From Candidatus Methylomirabilales bacterium (lineage in GTDB: Bacteria > Methylomirabilota > Methylomirabilia > Methylomirabilales > CSP1-5), in contig JBHIAH010000076.1 in NCBI GenBank assembly GCA_046758505.1, positions 1 to 13,364 of the forward strand: a stretch of DNA of 13,364 nucleotides, in the 5' to 3' direction. Below, piece by piece: positions 8,986 through 13,364 of the stretch (the stretch's first letter is position 1; every line of letters starts with the position of its first letter). The position numbers and the translations under genes were made by a program. The notes beneath the pieces were generated by a model. That model had not been told where the DNA came from. It made no database searches and saw only the letters and a list, made by a program, of their open reading frames with translations.

Positions 8986-9012
8986 TTAGCACTCGATTGT
9001 GATGAGTGCTAA
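8986..9012. promoter_or_regulatory. CIRCE element (HrcA operator)
   Basis: Perfect TTAGCACTC-N9-GAGTGCTAA upstream of groES. Confidence 0.98.
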
Positions 9013-9020
9013 CAGCCCGT

Positions 9021-9049
9021 ACAATATGCGACGGGCGAACGGTATGCAA
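9021..9049 (-). promoter_or_regulatory. Putative sigma70 promoter of groESL
   Basis: TTGCAT (9049-9044) - 17 nt - TATTGT (9026-9021). Predicted TSS about 9014, immediately before CIRCE. Confidence 0.7.
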
Positions 9050-9179
9050 GGCGTGCTATGACGCTATTCAGTCAAGTGTGAGATAATATAGCACTCTGGT
9101 ACGTTTATGTGTAAACAGTTCTTTTAATTTCAGACTTATTCTCAATTTTGCTCGCATTAATACCATATACGAGGGGATG

Positions 9180-9208
9180 TTGCGGGAAAGTCGCGCACCT
9201 GGTATCAT
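9180..9208 (+). promoter_or_regulatory. Putative sigma70 promoter of alr
   Basis: TTGCGG (9180-9185) - 17 nt - TATCAT (9203-9208), with an extended -10 TG at 9200-9201. Confidence 0.65.
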
Positions 9209-9231
9209 GGCCCGGGGAGGGAAGGCGTGCC

Positions 9232-10371
9232 GTGAAAGGCAGGGGCACAGCAGCCATCGTGTCTCTCGATGCGATCGCCCGGAACCTTGGGCGGGTTCGA
9301 GATCGCGTGGGGGAGCAGGTAGAGATCATGGCAGTGGTCAAGGCGGATGCCTATGGCCACGGTGCCGTGCCCGTTGCTCGAACCCTTGTCGAGGCTGGGG
9401 CAGAATGGTTGGGCGTCGCCTTGCCCGAAGAGGGGGTCCAACTGAGGCGCCAGGGCCTTCAGGTGCCTATCCTGGTTATGGGGCCAACTCCTCCGGATCA
9501 GACCCCGGTTCTTGTGGAGCATCGACTCGATCAGATGGTCTCCCACCGCCTTCATGCCCGGGCCCTCTCGACCGGAGTCGGGGGCGCCGGGGCGCGGGTG
9601 AGAGTGCACCTCAAGATCGACACCGGGATGGGGCGACTGGGAATCCACCCATCCGAGGCTGCGGACGCGGCACAGGCGATCGTGCGTCTCCCCGGGTTGG
9701 AATTCGCAGGAGCGATGACTCACTTTGCCGCAGCCGATGCTCCTGATAAGGGCCATGCCCTGGAGCAGCTTCGGCGATTTCTCGAAGCGGTCTGCGACAT
9801 CGAGGCGGCAGGGGTTGTTGTCCCTCTCCGTCATGCCGCCAACAGTGCGGCACTGCTCGACCTTCCCGAGACGCACCTGGACATGGTGCGGCCCGGAATT
9901 GCTCTGTACGGGTACCCTCCGTCCCCGTCGATCTCTGACGAAGGGCTCTGGGAGCCGGGCCTGACCTTCAAGACCTCCATCGCCCAGATCAAGCAGATGC
10001 CCAAGGGTACCACGGTGAGCTACGGCTGCACATACGAAGCGCCGCGCGATATCCTAGTCGCCACGCTGCCGGTGGGATATGCGGACGGGTACAACCGCCT
10101 CCTCTCAAACCGGGGGGAGGTCCTCCTCCGGGGAGAGCGGGCGCCGGTGATTGGCCAGGTGTGCATGGACATGATTATGGTTGATGTGACGGACGTGGGG
10201 GGAGTGCGGGAGGGGGAAGAAGCGGTTCTCCTGGGGTGCCAGGGCGATGAAACGCTCTTTGCCGATGAGTGGGCAGCCCGCCTCGGCACGATTCCCTATG
10301 AAGTCCTGTGCAATATCAGCAAGCGGGTCCCCCGCTCCTACGTGCGGCACGGAAAGCTGATCGACGCCTAG
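9232..10371 (+). CDS. alr: Alanine racemase, about 379 aa
   Basis: PLP-lysine motif VVKADAYGHG, plus HLKIDTGMGRLG, THFA, HAANSAA, VRPGI, VSYG, GYADG, VCMD and TIPYE. GTG 9232 chosen because it follows GGAGG and the promoter; the exact start is uncertain. Confidence 0.96.
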   Translation: MKGRGTAAIVSLDAIARNLGRVRDRVGEQVEIMAVVKADAYGHGAVPVARTLVEAGAEWLGVALPEEGVQLRRQGLQVPILVMGPTPPDQTPVLVEHRLDQMVSHRLHARALSTGVGGAGARVRVHLKIDTGMGRLGIHPSEAADAAQAIVRLPGLEFAGAMTHFAAADAPDKGHALEQLRRFLEAVCDIEAAGVVVPLRHAANSAALLDLPETHLDMVRPGIALYGYPPSPSISDEGLWEPGLTFKTSIAQIKQMPKGTTVSYGCTYEAPRDILVATLPVGYADGYNRLLSNRGEVLLRGERAPVIGQVCMDMIMVDVTDVGGVREGEEAVLLGCQGDETLFADEWAARLGTIPYEVLCNISKRVPRSYVRHGKLIDA

Positions 10372-10558
10372 CGGTCGTAATCCACACCCCGCCTCTGTCG
10401 GGTTCCAGCGCCTTCCTTCGCATGTGAGAGGCTCCTCCTTGGAACAGGGGTACAGTCCGGAGCAGGGGACCGGCATTTTGTCCGTCTCCGGTGCCAGTGA
10501 TTGAACTCTGGACACCAGCCGAGAATTCGACGACCCCTTCGGGGAGGGGGCCTGCCCG

Positions 10559-10594
10559 CAGGAGTCCCAAGGTGGTGGTTTTTGGGACTTCCTG
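10559..10594. promoter_or_regulatory. Inverted repeat upstream of the second sigma54 promoter (candidate activator site or RNA hairpin)
   Basis: CAGG-AGTCCCAA-N11-TTGGGACT-t-CCTG. Confidence 0.45.
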
Positions 10595-10618
10595 GAGGGG
10601 TGCACTTCTTCCCCCGTC

Positions 10619-10634
10619 TGGCATACCGCTTGCA
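10619..10634 (+). promoter_or_regulatory. sigma54 (RpoN) -24/-12 promoter
   Basis: TGGCAT-ACCGC-TTGCA, with GG at 10620-21 and GC at 10632-33. Predicted TSS about 10645. Confidence 0.8.
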
Positions 10635-10742
10635 GCCTTTTCCCTTGTTGATCAACCTCCCCGACGGACGCGGGGGCCCCCAGGACGGATGAGACAGTCG
10701 CCCCCTTAGGGCGGTGTCGGGTTCAAAAAGGAGAGGAGCACC

Positions 10743-11018
10743 ATGGATGCTGGTGCAAATTATGGTGTCGCGATCGCCGAGGGAACCGTGGTCCCAGTGG
10801 TTGGTCGGGAGACGAAGGATGCCTCTCACCTGACTCCGTGTCCTCACCTCGCGTTCATCTGCTGGCTGGAGAGGGTCCTGGCCGCCGCGGATGGGGACGA
10901 GAATACAGAGGCGCTGCTGCTTGGGCTGGGGGCTGCCGCGCTCTGTTTTCTGCTGGGGTATGCCATCATCGTTCTCACCAAGTTCCAAGCGGGCTTCTTT
11001 GCCCTTGGACTCGGCTAG
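10743..11018 (+). CDS. Hypothetical small membrane protein, 91 aa
   Basis: Strong RBS (AAGGAGAGGAG) and a C-terminal hydrophobic segment ALLLGLGAAALCFLLGYAIIVL. sigma54 promoter upstream and a GC hairpin right after the stop. Confidence 0.7.
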   Translation: MDAGANYGVAIAEGTVVPVVGRETKDASHLTPCPHLAFICWLERVLAAADGDENTEALLLGLGAAALCFLLGYAIIVLTKFQAGFFALGLG

Positions 11019-11020
11019 CC

Positions 11021-11050
11021 CCCGCCGCGGGCAGCTGCCCGTGGGGCGGG
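11021..11050 (+). terminator. GC-rich hairpin immediately after the 91-aa ORF (no U-tract)
   Basis: CCCGCC-GCGGGC-agct-GCCCGT-gg-GGCGGG. Confidence 0.4.
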
Positions 11051-11234
11051 CCGCACCGGTAGCCCTCATCCGCCGGCGTTGAGAATCCCCACCACCGTTC
11101 ATCCTGAACAGATTCTCGTTCGTACCTTGGTTGAATAGCGCTCTGGCACGGGGCATTCCCCATACCAATCGTTGGACAATGATGGCCGGTGGCGTAGGGA
11201 ATAGGGGTTGTCCGTTCGTGAGCGGGGGACAGAC

Positions 11235-11765
11235 ATGCTACGCTCGTTGGTCCAGCTCGTATTCGGCAGTCGGCCCGTCTCCTTCGAGAGTCCATTCTCG
11301 GTCAATGAAGCAGTGCGTCGCCTCGCCGCATCGGTAAGCAGAAGCGTGTTTCGCACGGTGTTTCGAGAGGCGGTCATCGGCAAGGTCGCGGCCTCGCGCG
11401 TTATGCTATATCGCTATCGGCCGTTTCTGCGGAATTCATTCCTGCCTGTTTTTGTGGGATCGTTTCAGTTCCGAAACGGGGTGACCAAGCTCGACGGACG
11501 ATTCTCGATGCACGGGTCGGTCAAGGTTTTTATGGCCTGCTGGTTTGGGATGTCCCTCCTCCTGCTCCTCGTCGCGGGTATCTCGTGGATCTCGAATCCG
11601 GCGCAGACGGACGGGGAGGTCTCCGCCGTGACCGTTGGACTGGGCATGGTGCTTTTCGGCATTGCGCTGGTCTTCCTTGGAGAACGCTTCGGCCGACCTG
11701 ATGTAGAGTATATTTCTGCCGTGATCCGCCAGGCCATCGGTGTTGACGGGGTCCATCCGCGGTAG
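11235..11765 (+). CDS. Hypothetical membrane protein, about 176 aa (soluble N-domain plus two C-terminal TM helices)
   Basis: Protein-like composition with hydrophobic segments VFMACWFGMSLLLLLVAGISWI and VTVGLGMVLFGIALVFLG. ATG 11235 follows GGGGGA. Confidence 0.7.
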   Translation: MLRSLVQLVFGSRPVSFESPFSVNEAVRRLAASVSRSVFRTVFREAVIGKVAASRVMLYRYRPFLRNSFLPVFVGSFQFRNGVTKLDGRFSMHGSVKVFMACWFGMSLLLLLVAGISWISNPAQTDGEVSAVTVGLGMVLFGIALVFLGERFGRPDVEYISAVIRQAIGVDGVHPR

Positions 11766-12858
11766 GCATCTTCAGGTCGCTCGCGTTTCCCAGATGAAGG
11801 CCGTCGTGAGGTCGGTGACGCTCTTCCCACCACATGACTTTTTGTCCACCGCTGGGATGAACGCCTGTCGGGCATCGCCATTCTCAGTATGCCTCCCACC
11901 TTGCTCGTTTCTCAAGACTACTTGCGTGTTAGTATTTGTCCCAACAAGACGTCACAGCCAGCGAGATTTCGAAGGACTCATCGGACACCCCTGGTACCCG
12001 ATTTTCATTTTGTTCTCCGTTCCTCTGAGGTCATGTTCTTAGTCCTCTCGGCTCCGGCCCTACTCTGGCCGTGACTCGCTTTTCAGTCCTCTGCAGAAGC
12101 CCGCCGAGGCGCCACGGTTGTGCCAAGTGGTGCGCCCCCCGTCTTACGGACATTTTTGCCCCCCTTAGAGGTGTTAAGGACGACCCCTTGTGAAATGCCT
12201 GGTGGGTCCCCGGTGGGCTTTTATCCCGACCTGCTTTATGCTACTTTGTTCGGGGGCAGCATTTACGTTGCCTCTCTTTCGTATGGGTGCCGAAGCACGA
12301 AACTCCCGGAGGTCCCCGATGCGGTCTGCTCCTTTCAGGCCGTTCGGGGGTGCGTTGTCGAAAGGAAGCGGAGTGCTATTGCCGTGTGTAGGGTCGCATG
12401 AGGATCGGGGAGGCGAACGAGGCGCTTGGTGCAGTTGCCAGCCAGCCCCGGGACAAAGGGGCACGAGAACGGAAGGGGAACTTCCTGGCAGTGAGGCTGC
12501 AATTTCGTGTGCTCAGCGAGTGAACTCTCCTCCTTGGGTACCGGAGGATCGGCGGGTGGCTTCCGCTTCTCCGGACCGGGTAGAATCGTCGCAGAGGTAG
12601 CTGCGAATTTGCGTAGCGCGGGTGGCGCGAAGGAGAGCGGCCTGCTTGGGGCTGGGATCGGTGCTCAACCGGGGCCGCTCTGTGGTGGAAAAAGGACTGG
12701 TACGGGGAGCTTCGGTGGGCGTCGGGGGACTCGGCCAGCTATGGCTATGACACGGAAAAAATGCGTGCCGCGACCCGACCAAGGAGGGGGTATCGCGGAA
12801 GAGAGTTATCGGGCTAAGCGATCGGGCTTCTAGTGAGCAGTAGCAGAGGATGGTGGCA

Positions 12859-13364
12859 ATGAAAGTGCTTCTTGTTGAGGACGATGCAAGAACTGCCTCG
12901 TTCATCATGCGGGGCCTGAAACAGGCGGGCTTCGCCGTCGACCACGCTTCCGACGGTGAGGACGGCCTCCATCTCGGCTCAACCGAAGGATATGACGCGG
13001 CCATCGTGGATATCATGCTCCCGAAGATGGACGGGTTGACGCTGATCGACGAACTCCGGCAGCGCAAACTCTCGACGCCCATCATTGTGCTCAGCGCGAA
13101 AAGCTCGGTGGATGATCGTATCCGGGGCTTGCACGCCGGCGGCGACGACTATCTGGTTAAGCCATTTGCCTTTTCGGAGTTACTGGCACGTGTTCAGGCG
13201 CTCATTCGCAGGGCGAATTCCGTGACGGAACCGACAACGCTTACCGTGAGCGACCTGAGTTTGGACTTGGTCAGGCACAAGGTTTCTCGCGGGGGTAGCG
13301 AAATCGATCTCCAACCCAGGGAATTCGCCCTGCTCGAATACCTCATGCGGAGCGCGGGGCGGGT
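12859..13364 (+). CDS. OmpR-family response regulator, heavy-metal (CusR/CzcR/CopR-like) type; 3'-truncated by the window and absent from the ORF track
   Basis: Manual translation gives MKVLLVEDD...DIMLPKMDG...VLSAK...GGDDYLVKPFAFSELLARVQALIRR...LQPREFALLEYLMR. GAGGA lies 8 nt upstream. Confidence 0.93.
   Translation, partial: MKVLLVEDDARTASFIMRGLKQAGFAVDHASDGEDGLHLGSTEGYDAAIVDIMLPKMDGLTLIDELRQRKLSTPIIVLSAKSSVDDRIRGLHAGGDDYLVKPFAFSELLARVQALIRRANSVTEPTTLTVSDLSLDLVRHKVSRGGSEIDLQPREFALLEYLMRSAGR

Noticed and set aside
10372..10742. 6S RNA, tRNA-Sec or RNase P RNA after alr
   Set aside because: I could not build a cloverleaf, a 6S-type closing stem with central bubble, or the RNase P GAGGAAAGUCC core. 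TGTCGGGTTC (10396, 10716) is not in a T-arm context.
11144..11158. sigma54 motif TGGCACG-GGGC-ATTC
   Set aside because: The -24 element is good but the essential -12 GC is absent.
11840..11900. TPP-riboswitch-like words on the minus strand (GGGAGGC..CUGAGA..UGCCC..CCAGCG), and ORF 11465-11899
   Set aside because: The P4/P5 region (CCUGAU and its pairing) is missing and no thiamine gene follows. The ORF is low-complexity and overlaps the 176-aa gene in antisense.
11967..11984. Hammerhead-like CCGAUGAGUCCUUCGAAA on the minus strand
   Set aside because: The core should be CUGAUGA, and stem II has no complementary arm before GAAA.
11740..13085. Track ORFs in the gap (11740-12042, 12120-12401, 12190-12600, 12507-12833, 12513-13085)
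   Set aside because: They lack a convincing RBS or protein-like composition. 12513-13085 is the antisense shadow of the response regulator.

Overview
GC-rich bacterial chromosomal window made mostly of housekeeping genes. Minus strand (in reading order): groES-groEL under a perfect CIRCE box, then mtnA, a TPR-rich Slt-type lytic transglycosylase, thiD, coaBC and a family-4 uracil-DNA glycosylase. Plus strand: alr, a 91-aa and a ~176-aa hypothetical membrane protein, and a truncated CusR/CzcR-like response regulator. The most notable uncalled element is a complete small-protein unit at 6533-6810: IHF site, canonical sigma54 -24/-12 promoter, strong RBS, a 43-aa single-TM ORF below the ORF-track cut-off, and a bidirectional terminator shared with groEL. 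A second canonical sigma54 promoter precedes the 91-aa membrane ORF. CoaBC carries a paired Asn->Asp / Cys->Ser change at the two canonical decarboxylase active-site positions. No rRNA, tRNA, CRISPR array or transposase was recognised. Taxon is uncertain: the GroEL N-terminus (MPAKQLL) reminds me of NC10/Methylomirabilota, which is an unverified impression.
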